From Eledone cirrhosa (lineage: Eukaryota), in contig OZ024742.1 of NCBI GenBank assembly GCA_964016885.1, positions 334,428,001-334,492,000 of the forward strand: 64,000 nucleotides of DNA, in the 5' to 3' direction. The notes below the pieces were generated by a model. That model made no database searches, had not been told where the DNA came from, and worked only from the letters and a program-made list of their open reading frames with translations. Position 1 is the stretch's first letter. Every line of letters begins with the position of its first letter. Below, piece after piece: positions 14,243-27,886 of the stretch. The position numbers were made by a program, and so were the translations under genes.

Positions 14243-14245
<3 letters not shown>
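14101..14245. repeat. Small hairpin-terminated element inserted in (TA)n, family B copy 1
   Basis: 27-bp inverted repeat ATAGGAACCAGTAAGACCCCGACAGCT; homologous to 50331-50520. Confidence 0.8.
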
Positions 14246-14283
<38 letters not shown>

Positions 14284-15276
14284 TTTGCATTGTATAAATA
14301 TGCGTGTACGTGACACATTGTTCTATATGTGTGGATGCATGATGTCGTCTAGCAAGTACAATATGCATGTCAAAATATACCATGTGTATAAACCTTAATG
14401 GGGGAGGTTGTTTGCATATTTAAGATTAAGTGGAATGGATAAATAAAGTGTCTTTCTATGTACTTCCGGTCCTTAACATAATTTTGGCAGTTATCAAGTG
14501 TCTCAATCCTTGCATGCATAAAATAGACAAAATACGGTTTGAAATGCTCGTTTGCTATGGTACTGGAACAACAGACTGAATGAGTTATCACAAATAATAT
14601 CAACACTAACAATAACCACACTACCACACACACCAACAACGTCGAGGTTAACTGCACCATCACTAACAACAACAATGCAAAAGTCACTCTTGCAAAATGG
14701 GGATATTTAAAAGATGGTGATGACTGTGGCATCGAACCACACACTAAGCAGCGCCTGCTGACAAGCCTCCTGGTGGAACACCCCTGCACAGCATTCGACT
14801 GGGCAAAGTTTAATAAGAAAGGATAACAATGTGTTCAGCTGTCGTCCAGCCAAAGTTTGTAACTGACACTCTTGTGGACTCGACAAGATGATTGACAACA
14901 ATAGAAAAACAACGACTACAATAACACCAACATCATTAACTCGACCACCACAATAATCAACCACAAAATTATGGCCGTCATATTTCACATAAATTACATC
15001 TTACCGTCTTAAAATATACGATATAAAGTTACATGAGATAATATAGTATTAAGTACATTGTGCGAGGATAACGAGATGGTCATGAAAGAAGACATTCGTA
15101 GACCGGATAAATATAGGCAAACGTGTCACTAATGAGCAATCACAATAAAATCACTGCGATAGTTAGACTAGAGGTAGCGATCTTTTACATAAACGTATGT
15201 CTAAAATGACACTACACTGATTGAAGAGGAATAGATATAGATACAACCCCAGACATCCCCACCACCACCACCACCA

Positions 15277-15334
<58 letters not shown>

Positions 15335-15336
<2 letters not shown>

Positions 15337-15542
15337 ACTTTCGTCAAATCGAACTGACGAAACAATGTTTCCGTTGGTCTTTCCAATTGCTAATACTATA
15401 TATCGGTCGCAACTCTAGGTAGAAGGAGCACGTGAAATAAAGTGTCTTGCTCAAGGACATAACGAATCACCCGGTCCAGGATTCGAACTCACAACCTCAC
15501 GATTGTCAATCCAATCCTCTGACCACTCAGCCATGCGCCTTC
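15335..15542 (-). mobile_element. SINE family S2
   Basis: Minus-strand GCGCATGGCTGAGTGG...GAGTTCGAATCCTGG...TCCTTGAGCAAGACAC. Confidence 0.75.
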
Positions 15543-16440
15543 GCAAATATATATAAGATGGCCTCAAACTTGCTGGTTGAAGGCTTTCCGCTCCCGATAT
15601 CATCTTTCATGTGTTTGCGGCCCTCTTGGAACCTTTTGTGTTCCACGTACACGTGCTGCAGTATACCGAGTGCTTTAAAAACAATTTCCCCGCCTGGACC
15701 AAAACCTTCACGTAGCTTTGTTGCTTTGTGCGCAATGATCGACGAACTAATATTGAGGAGCTGTTAAAAAAGCCCGTGAATGGCTGCAGAGAGCTGAGAT
15801 CGTAATTTACATACGTCCCTGGATGTTACTTGAGACGGTGACGCAACCCGCTAATCTGTACCAAACTCATACCTCACGCAGCACACTAAGTCCTGTTATT
15901 TTCTGTCATAACTCGTATATATACATATGTATGTACATATCAAATTGGAACCCACTATATGGCGAAATAATCTCCTAGGGAGTTTGTACATGTGGGATTT
16001 TGTTACGAGCTAACTCAGTTGAAAGGACTCGGCTGCTATTTCTAGTTGTCGATAACCCTATTCACGCCACTGGGAGGAAGCTGGTACGATGTGCGTATTT
16101 TTAGAAAAGTCAACATGTGCTGCTAGTCATTCGCAGATTTGAATTTGCCGTGTAAACACCGATAGTTAATTCTCTCCGTTGTTGAAAATTCGGATTTTGG
16201 CAATTGTGGTTTACCGAACGATTAACGGTGAAATATATTTCTTTAATGAAATATATACAAGGAAGATTAATCAATTTGTAAGGTATCTATTTTTAAAGTT
16301 CTAGTTAAACTTTAATTAGTTACCCACCTAGCTATGTGTGCTTACACACTTTTACAAATTATTCCCTGTGATTGGTTCATGTTTATTTTAGATATATATG
16401 TCAATCAATTTCTAGTTGATATACATATATATAAATATAT

Positions 16441-16500
<60 letters not shown>

Positions 16501-17259
16501 GTACATACACTACACATAGATATATATATATATAGATATTTATATATAATTGGCAAATATCTTCCAGAGTACTCAGAGTTCCCCGATGCTAGCTGAGTTT
16601 ATGTGGTATCGTCCAACAGCTTTTGTTGACAGGTATTCTTATTTACATGCGATATATACGAGATTACATCTCGCTAGAAACTTCTGTCTATATACACATG
16701 TTTTGTGATGAAATACTACACACAGACGTATATAAGTATTCATCTGCCTACGTACACACACAACACACAGATATATATATATACATATATATACACGTAT
16801 ATATGTAAGTCTGTATGCCTATATTTGCATATATATATAGAGAGAAAGAGATAGATATATACTTATATATGCATGTATGTGGACACATGTATGCATTGTA
16901 CATAGATAATTGATGATGTGTTTAGCACGTGAAATACGAGATAATTAACCAGTCAAAATGCCATTTAGAGGGGTTAAAGATTGCCATATGTCTTCATGTA
17001 GATGACGTCATGTAAGATCACTAATTTACATACGAGGTCAAATAATTGGATGACTGTACAGTAAGAAATGTTATCTGCAACAAGCTACCGCCTTCATATC
17101 TTACAATGTATACAATCTCGTCTTTCGTCATTGTATATTCACTTTAACGCACTCCCTAATCCATGCAAGAATTACACGAAATCTATCATGATCCATGCAT
17201 ATATATGTATTCAAATTTGTATATGGGTGTATATATATATATATAAATATATAAAATAT

Positions 17260-17635
17260 TAAAAAAAATAATGAATAAAACAATGAAACAGTTCCTTATA
17301 TTAAACAAAAAAAGTTCATTATTTAACGATCGTTTCTAGGATATATATGTGTTAGAATTGGCATGCATATTCAACAGATCTATGTACAAAATTATACAAA
17401 ATTATACAAACTATCAAAATTAAATATACATACCAAACACATATATATGCCGTCTTCAGAAATAATGAAATATATTTATTGATAATAACAACAATTCAAA
17501 ATTTCAACAATTTATTTATTGATAATATATTTATTGATAATAACAACAATTGATAATATATTTATTGATAATAACAACAATTCAAAATTTCAACAATTCA
17601 AAATTGCCGTAAACTCTTGGTAGATTTATCTACAT
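17260..17635 (-). mobile_element. Non-autonomous derivative of PLE3
   Basis: 17265-17485 matches 42275-42480; the end GTAAACTCTTGGTAGATTTATCTACA matches 45241-45266. Confidence 0.85.
17316..17468 (-). ncRNA. Type I hammerhead with ~110-nt stem II region
   Basis: TCATTATTT-CTGAAGA-..ATATATATGTGT.....ACACATATATAT..-GAAA-CGATCG-TT-AAATAATGA. Confidence 0.8.
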
Positions 17636-17730
17636 ATATAAATATATATATATATGTGTGTGTGTGTGTGTTTGTGTGTATGTGTGTGTGTGTTTGTTTG
17701 TGTGTGTGTATGTGTTAGTGTGTGTGTGTG

Positions 17731-17925
17731 TCGGGTTCAATCGAGGCTAACCGCAGTAAATAGGGTACTCAATACATAGCAGGGTATACATTTTTATTAT
17801 AGAAATGGCTTCTACAGCACTAGAACATTTTTATTCATATGAAATAATATTTATTTATCAAATAATCTTTAACATTCTGCTTTATTAACTGTGGTTACTT
17901 CCGATTTAACTAGGAAACTACGTAT
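17731..17925. repeat. Dispersed small element, family C copy 1
   Basis: CGGGTTCAATC...GGTACTCAATACAT...ATAGAAATGGCTTCTACAG shared with 38041-38200. Confidence 0.7.
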
Positions 17926-18292
17926 ATATATATATATATAGTGGCCCGCCGTCGAAGAAACAAGACTACGCATTCGGCCGGACCCTGAATCATGAACAGG
18001 AACTCTTTTTAGGGGAATTTATTGGATTTTTCCGAAGTTAAATGTTTCTTATGAACTTTCAATGTTTAATTTAAATTTTTCCGTCTGAGGAGCTCATAAC
18101 TGATAGTCCACAGGGAAATATGTATAACTGAATTTTAAATAAACATGACTCAAATGAATGTGGCCTCCGATCTTTTATCAATATATATATATATATATAT
18201 ATGTACATGTATGGACCTGTTATTTTATCCAAAGACAAATTTTTCCAATTCCACCCCGCCCGTCCCTTCAATCTATCTTATTTCTTATTCTT

Positions 18293-18328
18293 TCTTCTGA
18301 TGAAAGACTAGCGTCCGAAACGTTAAGA
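18293..18328 (+). ncRNA. Minimal type I hammerhead
   Basis: TCTT-CTGATGA-A-AGAC tagc GTCC-GAAACGTTA-AGA; palindromic stem III AACGTT; a decayed sister copy lies at 20191-20223. Confidence 0.75.
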
Positions 18329-18449
18329 CCCTCTTCCTCCCATTTCAAGCGTTAACCTAATATATTCCTTCCATATACTGCACCAATTGTGTTTTTTTTG
18401 TTTACCTTTTACATATATATATATACATACACACACACACACATATATA

Positions 18450-18562
<113 letters not shown>

Positions 18563-18603
18563 TGATATAATAATATAGTAAAATATATAATAACAAATAT
18601 ATA

Positions 18604-18772
18604 CCGTAATTCCCGGCGCCGAAGACGCTTCGTCCTCGAGGACGTGACCTAATTTTAACAACCAAAAATTAAAAAAAAATAATAATAAACAACCTCCGGT
18701 CTCCTGGACGCATGGTAGATTTTTATAATTATTTTAGGAAAGAAGTAGCGTCTTCGACGTCGGGAAATACGC
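18604..18772. mobile_element. Tc1/pogo (Tigger-like) MITE
   Basis: TIRs CCGTAATTCCCGGCGCCGAAGACGC / GCGTCTTCGACGTCGGGAAATACG, flanked by TA. Confidence 0.75.
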
Positions 18773-19664
18773 TATATGTTTGTTATTATATATTTTATTA
18801 TATTATTATATTATTATTATTTTATTACTTCTTTACATTTCTAAATCTTTGCATTTCTATAATTTAATTGAATTAACTGCTTTTGATTGCATGTATTATA
18901 TTACATAGCAAGTTCATACCATATATAATATAATATAACAATCAACAAGACCTCTATTCAATAATAAATACTGATTCAATTTAATTTAATTTAATTTACT
19001 TTAATTTAATTCAACTTGAACCTCAGGACTAACTTCAACTACAGTATTTACATTTTCTACCTAAATATCACTACATATAACCAATAGCCTCTATCACAAT
19101 TTATAGAGCCATAGCAACAGCTAAGAATATGTCATATGCTACCTATTTATTATCATATTATTTACGTCGTTATTGTGAGCGTTTGGGATATACGTTGATC
19201 CATTAAATGGCAATTGGTGATCCACTGAATAACGCGATGTTTAAACTAACTTTGGTTCTACAACTTAAGTGCTTGGAATTGATTAATTAATAAATTTTCC
19301 CTTTCCTTCATTTTTTAAAATCTACTCGGCAACTAGCAACCTATTTTCTTTGGACTTTGCAACGGTCACCCACATCGAAGATCACCCACACCAAATTTAG
19401 TCCTCAATACAAACGCACATATATATATTCATGAAATAGCTTTGACAACCCCTTTATCTTCCAATCTTCCGATAATGTACTTTCGTGAATCTTGACCATT
19501 AGAATTAAAAATAACTGCTGTTATAATTATATTATACATTATTTAACAAAACTGAGCACATAGTGTTTATAAGTTCTTGTAAATATGGATATTTTTGAAA
19601 TGTTTTTAATCTTATAGTTATCATTATTCTTGCGACCAGCTCTGTACCGACCAACAACTAACAT

Positions 19665-19982
<318 letters not shown>

Positions 19983-20616
19983 GATCAGCTCTATATACAA
20001 AACGATTTTTTTCCCTTTCAGATAGACTTTCACCAACTTCTAAAACAAGTTTATCCTACACAAAATGCCAGCCTCACCAGTTTTCCTAGAGATGTCAAGT
20101 TGAAAGTTATTTTTCTATATACATTTTTTTTTCTTTTTTGCCACGGCTCGATTCATTCTTACTATTTTTCCTTTAATTCTTCATTTATTTCCTGGTGAAG
20201 AACTAACGTCCGAAACGTTACGGCTTTTCCTACACAGACATTGAAAGAAAGAGATCAGGCAATAGCAGAAACGAAAAAAATCTTCAAGAAAAAGGGCGAG
20301 TGTTAAGGTGTGTATGTGTTTGTTTTCAGTGTGTACAAGCTGTACGTGTGTGTGTTTCTGACCGTAAGAGAGCCATAGACACCTAGGGGATGTTTGCGGA
20401 CGAGGTACGGGTGACAGTGGCTAGGAGTATAGATGTAAGCACAAGCGTATGTCTGTAAGATTAAAGAAATTGTGGAGGGAAGTTAAGCCAATTAGGAAAA
20501 GTGGCTGAAAATCTGATCCCCCCTAGTCCTGGTGCACGCGGCCAGCGATCCGTGATATTAAAGGACACCAAGGACGGAAACATGCGGGGAACGGAAACGA
20601 CGTATGTCCCTCAAGT

Positions 20617-20660
<44 letters not shown>

Positions 20661-20665
<5 letters not shown>

Positions 20666-20940
20666 ATCAAAAGATGGTTAAAAGAGTTCCAAGTATTTTA
20701 ATATGCGCATTTCAAAAACAAATATCATCATCATGTGATGATATCTGCGTTCTCATCAGAGTTTTAAATCAACATATGTTGATTTAAAACTTCACTATTC
20801 ACAGGTGTTTTTTAAGCTTCATATCATGTCTCCCTATTTTATCTGATGAGAACGCAGATATCATCCGATGATGATATTTCTTTTTGAAATGCGCATAATA
20901 AAATACTTGGAACTCTTTTAACCATCTTTTAATTTTATAT
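20661..20940. mobile_element. Head-to-head HHR fold-back element
   Basis: ~100-bp inverted arms (20661-20760 and 20842-20940) with an internal perfect 30-bp palindrome at 20761-20790. Confidence 0.85.
20835..20905 (+). ncRNA. Type I hammerhead ribozyme
   Basis: TATTTTAT-CTGATGA-GAA..ATATCATC cgat GATGATAT..-GAAA-TGCGCA-TA-ATAAAATA; 8-bp stem I, palindromic stem III. Confidence 0.85.
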
Positions 20941-21026
20941 TATTTATACTCCAGTCCTACAAACTGTAGAGTGCTACTTATCCGATATTTGCATTGCTTT
21001 ATTGTGCTACAATAAAACTCACCTCC

Positions 21027-21092
<66 letters not shown>

Positions 21093-21317
21093 ACTTGATG
21101 TATATATATATATATATATACAGTTATACTTGGGGAGGGTCATATTTGTGTAATATTGGCAGAATTAATAACAGAACACATTCACTGTTTGGTTGGTTTT
21201 CGTTTCTCGCTTCTGTGTCTTTTATATCGGTAATCTAATATACTCGGTCCTCAATGTTGCCATTGACTGACCGGCGGTCAAAAATAATACAGATACAATA
21301 TAGACACAAACACATAT

Positions 21318-21375
21318 ATATAGTTTATCATAAATCTTTCGTTGCACATCTGCAACATCGTCAGTGGTGCTATAT
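21318..21375 (-). ncRNA. Type I hammerhead in the PLE2 3' repeat
   Basis: Mirror of 25233-25290. Confidence 0.85.
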
Positions 21376-21570
21376 TTTCCTCCTGTTGTATTGTATGTCT
21401 ACGCCATTTTTATTCAGTCTGTCTATATATTTATTTATTTATTTGCTTGTTTGTTTATTTTATTTTGTCTTCTTTGCGCATGCGTTTGCGTGTGTGTATA
21501 GTGTTTTGTTTGCTGTGTGATGGGTGACTAGTGTGTGTTTATGTGCTTGTTGTTATTGTGCTTGTGTATG

Positions 21571-21601
<31 letters not shown>

Positions 21602-21639
21602 TTCTATTTACTTATTTATATTTCTCTTAGGTCAGTGTT

Positions 21640-24421
21640 GTTTGTTTGGGTGTTGTTGTTATTCCATTCATTCTTACTGTTTAGCCTTGGTCTTCTAATT
21701 TCTAATTCACTGGCCTCTCTGATTTGCCTATCTGCTGGGTCATTTCTATGTTTAGATATTAATCTAATTTCTATGTTGTCTATGTTACCGTCATGTTGTT
21801 GTCTGGCATGTTCGTATAGTACTGAACCGTTTTTTCGTCCTTTTTGTTCCCCCCCAGTGTTGGTCTATCCTTTCACCTATGCTACGAGCTGTCTCACCTA
21901 TGTATGTTGTTGTCATATTTCTGCAAGTACCCTCTGTACATCTTATGCTATAGACTACGTTTCTAGTTTTACAGTTTATCCGGGGGTTCACCTTACATAT
22001 GATACATTTCCTATTGTTACAGTGGGTTTTCTTAAAAGGGTAGGTTTTGCTGATCAGGGATTTTATGGTGGTTCCTGGCTTTTCTACCACCTATATTTTT
22101 AAGTGGGTCTTTATCAGGGCCTTTCTACACTGGTTAGCTAATTTCTCTCCAGGGGTAGCGTCCACAAACATGACACTGTGGTATCTTTGGTTGTCGTACC
22201 ATGAGGTGGCTTTCTCTATCTTATGTCTAGCCCTATCTAAGCTATTCCATGATTTGCTCCTGTATAATGGGCAAATTCCTTTCATTTCCACTTCTATGAG
22301 GGTCTTATGCTTCTCCATGGCTCCTTCGTATACTCTGATTCTGTCTCTTTGGTTGTAGCCAGAGAACTGCATGCGATTGATCAAATGTTGGATGTGTCTT
22401 TCCATTTCTGTTGGGTCGCACATGCGGGACACATTCTTCATCACTCGTACCAAATCTGCGATCAGAATATTAAACTTAGCACTACTGTACATTGCTGAGT
22501 TTTTGAGTATCAGATATTTGGAGGCCATGGGTTTAGTATAGTGTGAGTGGAGAATTTGGGCTCTCTCGTCTATAGTGTTAATCCAGAGTGCTGTGTCTAA
22601 TACAGGTAGTCTATTGTTAGGGTGTTTGGAAGGGAAGTCGATAGTTACAGTTATACTCTGGTGTATGGAATTAGCTATCTGCTGGATGCTTTCCATCGTG
22701 CTACGTTCTAAATCAAACTTGTTAGTGCTCTCTAGTGGGGGTGTTCTTATAACTATATTGATATCGTCTACGTAACGAGAGTACATGATGAGGTCTATGG
22801 AGCTCTCATTAAGGAGATCTTTAAGTCTCCTTTCCCACCATACCATGAAAAGGTTGGCAACATCACCAGCTATGCTGACGCCGATGGCTGCTCCCTCATT
22901 TTGGGTGTAGATCTTCTCGTTGAACTTAAATATGTGGCCCTTTAGGGTAGTTTTGATACTAGCCCCTATTGCATGTGCGACCATTTTTCTTACCTGATCA
23001 TTGTTTTGGGGGGTCCGTATACCTTTGGTCCACCCAATCCACCTTCCCATGGGAGTCTTTTTTGCCATTGAGGTTATGGTGGGGGGTCTACCTCTTATAG
23101 GTCTACTAGGGCAGAAACGTCTAAGGTCATGGCTGTCTAGGTAGTCAGTGTCGTAGGTAAGTCTAAGTAGGAGGCCCAGTTCGTCTGTGTCGACGTCGCA
23201 GAACTCCACCTCACTCTCAATGATCATCTCCACACATCTTTTCACAGCAAAATCAATGTTAATGGATGGGTACAGTGACACCACATCCATGCTGCCTATT
23301 ATGCAGTTGGATAGGTTCCTGTTTTTGTTGCACTCACTGATTCTGCTGAGGAGGTCCTCTGTACTGTCACATACATCTGGGGACATCTTGATTATGGGGC
23401 GTATAACCATTGAGAGGAAGAAGGAGATCCTGTAGTTGCTAGCTATATTAGCTCCGCATACGGGCCTTGTTGGTGGTCCTGTTGTCGGGTCGTCGACTGT
23501 CTTGTGGTCTTTGCGGAGCCCATACAAGGGTGGTATGCCATTGTTAGACGCCTGGAAGTTGTTGGCAGTGCGTCTGCTTGGCTTTAGGATGTCAGTCCAC
23601 ATCATCATGTGAGCGTTGAGGATTTTCTCTCTCCCATCGTGTGTTTGTTGTGCAATTTCGCTCGTGTTGGTGATGTGGGGTTGCATAGCCTTGATGTAGT
23701 TCGGCATGCTATCTATTGACATCCTACCAGACTTATCTGTGGGTAGACATACTACCTCACCATCCCTTGTGCGCTGCTTGAGGCTAACCAAGCCTTCTAC
23801 AGGTTTCCTCCCAAGTTGTTGGGCCTCTGGTCTGCTCTGTCTCTTAGTATACCTGTCTACTATTTGTCTAATCTTATTTCTAGCTATGGTGAACTGTGCC
23901 TCTGTCTCGTCATCTATTTGTTGTGGTATGCAAACTCTTTTATTAAAGGGTAAACTTGTAGGATAGATATTACCCATCTTATATGTTTTGTCAGCTGGGT
24001 TGAAAAATAGTTTCTCTAAGGGGTTGTCATTATATCTATCGTTATAGTTGTGTGTGTTGCTATTATTGTTTTCATGGTGGTTGTTGTTGTTTCTATCATT
24101 AGCATTATTATTATTGTTATGATTGCTAGATGTATTGTTGTTTACTTCACCGTTATTGTTGTTGTTACTGTTATTTCTACCATTGTGGTTGTTACTTTTA
24201 TTATGTTTCTTGTTTTTGTTGTGTCTATCATTGACGTCGCTACATGTACTATTTCCATTATTACCACTGTGGTTATTGTTGTTGTTGTTCGTATTGTTAC
24301 CGTTATTAGTACTGTGGTCGCTGTTGCTGTTTCTGTGGTTAATGTTGCTATTATTATTATTATTGTGGTTGTTGTTGTTCTGTCTATCGTTAGTATTATT
24401 ACCATTATCACTATTTCTCAC
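21640..24421 (-). pseudogene. PLE2 polyprotein: Asn-rich N-terminus, RT, GIY-YIG
   Basis: PTDKSG, LYGLRKDHK, TRPVCGA, SMDVVSLYPSI, GAAIG, RYVDD, LPVLD, then NVVYSIRC..YIGETARS; one in-frame TAG at 22091-22093 (AAA in the paralog near 48330) and a frameshift in the G-run near 21850. Confidence 0.92.
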
Positions 24422-24593
24422 TTTCCTGCTATTGTTATTGTTATGACTGTTATTTCTATACTCAGAGTTATTGTTTATATTATTACTACCGTTATTATTG
24501 TTGTTGTTGTTTACCTTTGCATTCTAACGTATTTTTGTGAAACACTTTTCCAGCTCCGTTTTGCACTCCATAGGGTTAATAGGAAATAGGGTT

Positions 24594-24992
24594 AATAGGA
24601 AATGTATCATATGTAAGGTGAACCCCCGGATAAACTGTAAAACTAGAAACGTAGTCTATAGCATAAGATGTACAGAGGATACTTGCAGAAACATGACAAC
24701 AACATACATAGGTGAGACAGCTCGTAGCATAGGTGAAAGGATAGACCAACACTGGGGGGAACTAAAAGGACGAAAAAACGGTTCAGTACTATACGAACAT
24801 GCCAGACAACAACATGACGGTAACATAGACAACATAGAAATTAGATTAATATCTAAACATAGAAATGACCCAGCAGATAGGCAAATCAGAGAGGCCAGTG
24901 AATTAGAAATTAGAAGACCAAGGCTAAACAGAAAGAATGAATGGAATAACAACAACACCCAAACAAACAACACTGACCTAAGAGAAGTATAA
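24594..24992 (+). pseudogene. Inverted duplicate of the PLE2 GIY-YIG C-terminus (frame intact, no N-terminus)
   Basis: NVVYSIRCTEDTCRNMTTTYIGETARSIGERIDQH...RQIREASELEIRRPRLNRKNEW. Confidence 0.85.
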
Positions 24993-25006
24993 ATAAGTAA
25001 ATAGAA

Positions 25007-25037
<31 letters not shown>

Positions 25038-25232
25038 CATACACAAGCACAATAACAACAAGCACATAAACACACACTAGTCACCCATCACACAGCAAGC
25101 AAAACACTATACACACACGCAAACGCATGCGCAAAGAAGACAAAATAAAATAAACAAACAAGCAAATAAATAAATAAATATATAGACAGACTGAATAAAA
25201 ATGGCGTAGACATACAATACAACAGGAGGAAA

Positions 25233-25290
25233 ATATAGCACCACTGACGATGTTGCAGATGTGCAACGAAAGATTTATGATAAACTATAT
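25233..25290 (+). ncRNA. Type I hammerhead in the PLE2 repeat
   Basis: ATATAG-cac-CA-CTGACGA-T-GTTGCA gatg TGCAAC-GAAAGATTTA-TG-ataaa-CTATAT. Confidence 0.85.
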
Positions 25291-25696
25291 ATATGTGTTT
25301 GTGTCTATATTGTATCTGTATTATTTTTGACCGCCGATCAGTCAATGGCAACATTGAGGACCGCGTATATTAGATTACCGATATAAAAGACACAGAAGCG
25401 AGAAGCGAAAACCAACCAAACAGTGAGCGTGTTCTGTTATTAATTCTGCCAATATTACACAAATATGACCCTCCCCAAGTATAACAATATTTGTTTCGAC
25501 ACACGATTTGATATAAAAAACTTCGCAAAACTATATATATATATATATACTTATATTACACATTTATATATTTATTCATGTATAAGATATACATATTCAT
25601 ACATATATTTATGTATATGTATATATATATTTATATATATATATATATACACCAAATCATACATATATATACTTCTATCTTTATCCCTCAGTCTGT

Positions 25697-25811
<115 letters not shown>

Positions 25812-25843
25812 TAGGGAGAGAGAGAGATAATGTGTGTCTCTGT

Positions 25844-25886
<43 letters not shown>

Positions 25887-27826
25887 CGTGTGCGTGGGTG
25901 TGTATGCGGGGGGGGGGGGGGCGATTCAAGAAAGGTTGCTAATAAATTTCACAGATAGTCCATTGATGTCATATGTGATTGTTATGCGGGAATTAATACA
26001 GCTATTGATGACAGAAACCAAATCTCTGAAATCTCCATATCAGTGACTATATGTAGTATTGTATTGAAATATATTTCAATAATATATTTGCAAGGAGGAG
26101 GCGGTGGAGAAAAAGAAGATGAAAAAAGAAGAAGCGGAAGGACGAAAACAACGCAGTGTAAATTTTATTTTGTAAAGCAAAACAGACTTCAACAAAGAGA
26201 AACAGTCGATTTAAAATTAACAATATCAGTAATACATCGTAATGTTTAACTATACAAAGCAACAGAAGTCAAATTGAAAATGTTACCTAATAGGAGTGAA
26301 AATAGAACTCCTTGGGTTAGTTCCAGGGAAAACACCTCATGAAACCCTGGATCATTCTTTCGCATCAATGCTATTGAATCAACCTTCTGTTTTCTGTTAA
26401 AGTCAGGGTAGGCCCATTCCGTATCGTTAAATCCCTTGTTTGTTCATGAGACAATGGTGTTCTTCTAGATGTACTTGATATTGAGGAATCAGTTAGAGAG
26501 GAAAATTCCTGTCCCCAAAATGATCAAACACCTTTTTTTTCTATAGCTATCAAGAACAAGACTTTCGACGCTTCCTTTCTGAAGGAAGGTAGCGTATTTC
26601 TATTTTCATACACGTGATAGAACCTGTTGGACACAAGCCTACACATCTCGAATGCGTGGGCATTTAGTATTTGCGTTTATGGTAGTATTCTCAACCTGAT
26701 TGCATTTTGGCCTCGAACAGGCAACACTCCCAACCATGTAGCAGTGTCAAGTTGAGGAATGTTCCATAATTCTCCGACTTAAAAGTCACCCAGAAATATA
26801 TGCTCACATTGCAATTTTGAAAATATACGCTTTGCTTTCAATTTATATACATATGCATGTAACGGTTGTCATTCTATTATTTTACATTCGTTCACTTTGT
26901 TCAACTCCATTCTACCCTATCTTATTTTTTCTATTTTCTACAATCTTCAGTATTTTCGAACTCTTGTGTTCTATTGTCTCTATATTGTGTATTTTACAGA
27001 CAATGCATTCTACCACATATATTTCGACGCTATGCAAATATACCATCAGATTTTAAAAATTAAATCAATCCGAAGATCAGTTAGTTATAACATATAACTT
27101 CTCATATATTTCGTCTGTTTCCATTCAGATAACTTCTAATAATAAATTGATCACCACACTCACGTCAACTATCTAAATAAGTATCTTTCAAATAGGAAAT
27201 AATATCTATGTATTAACACCAAAGCTTATTTGCTGATGTTTTATTTATTTATAAGCTGTTCTACAAGTATAGTGGTGGAATATATTTTAATATTAACTTA
27301 GTACAATAACAGGCAAACATGACCTCTATTCTGAGGTTCGACAATATTCACGGAATAGAGAAAAATTCTACATCTTAGTATACAGAACTATACAATGATG
27401 AAATATCATTTTAATGTTTGTATAATTGGAATTGAGACTTAAACTTTCGGATGCCACTCTTTCGTAGAGAAATGAGGACGTTTGAGTATATAGAGGAGAA
27501 TATATATATATATATATATATATATCACGGCCTCAGCCGGATGGCTGTAACAGATAAAAGGATAAAAGTATATATATATATATAATAAAACAAGGACGAA
27601 TGATAACTCCTTCATTACGTTTGTTGGTTGGTGACGCGCGTTTCGCTATTGATCAGCTCAAGGTTGGATCTGTATCGATCTAGCCCGACTCTGTAATCAA
27701 TGCCTTGTCTGACCTCTGTGGTAGTAATGACACTATGTCTAGCCCTACACCTCGATACCGACGTGAACCTAAACATCGAGTGCTCACCCGGGTGAACCTA
27801 CAGTAACTACGCGTTACACTAACTGG

Positions 27827-27886
<60 letters not shown>

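Larger units (their letters stand above)
21123..25485 (-). mobile_element. Penelope-like element 2, near full length, with ~890-bp inverted terminal duplication
   Basis: RT-GIY-YIG ORF on minus; 21123-22015 is an inverted near-identical copy of 24594-25485; flanked by TA tracts. Confidence 0.95.

Noticed and set aside
22091-22093. In-frame stop in PLE2 as programmed readthrough or selenocysteine
   Set aside because: It is TAG, not TGA, and the paralog near 48330 has AAA (Lys), so it is a simple nonsense mutation.
24050-24589. Hydrophobic plus-strand ORFs resembling membrane proteins
   Set aside because: They are the antisense reading of the Asn-rich PLE2 repeat.
27630-27668. Possible hammerhead remnant (GCT..AGC-GAAA-CGCGCG-TC on minus; similar near 13440)
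   Set aside because: The CTGANGA core is not recognisable, so it was not counted.
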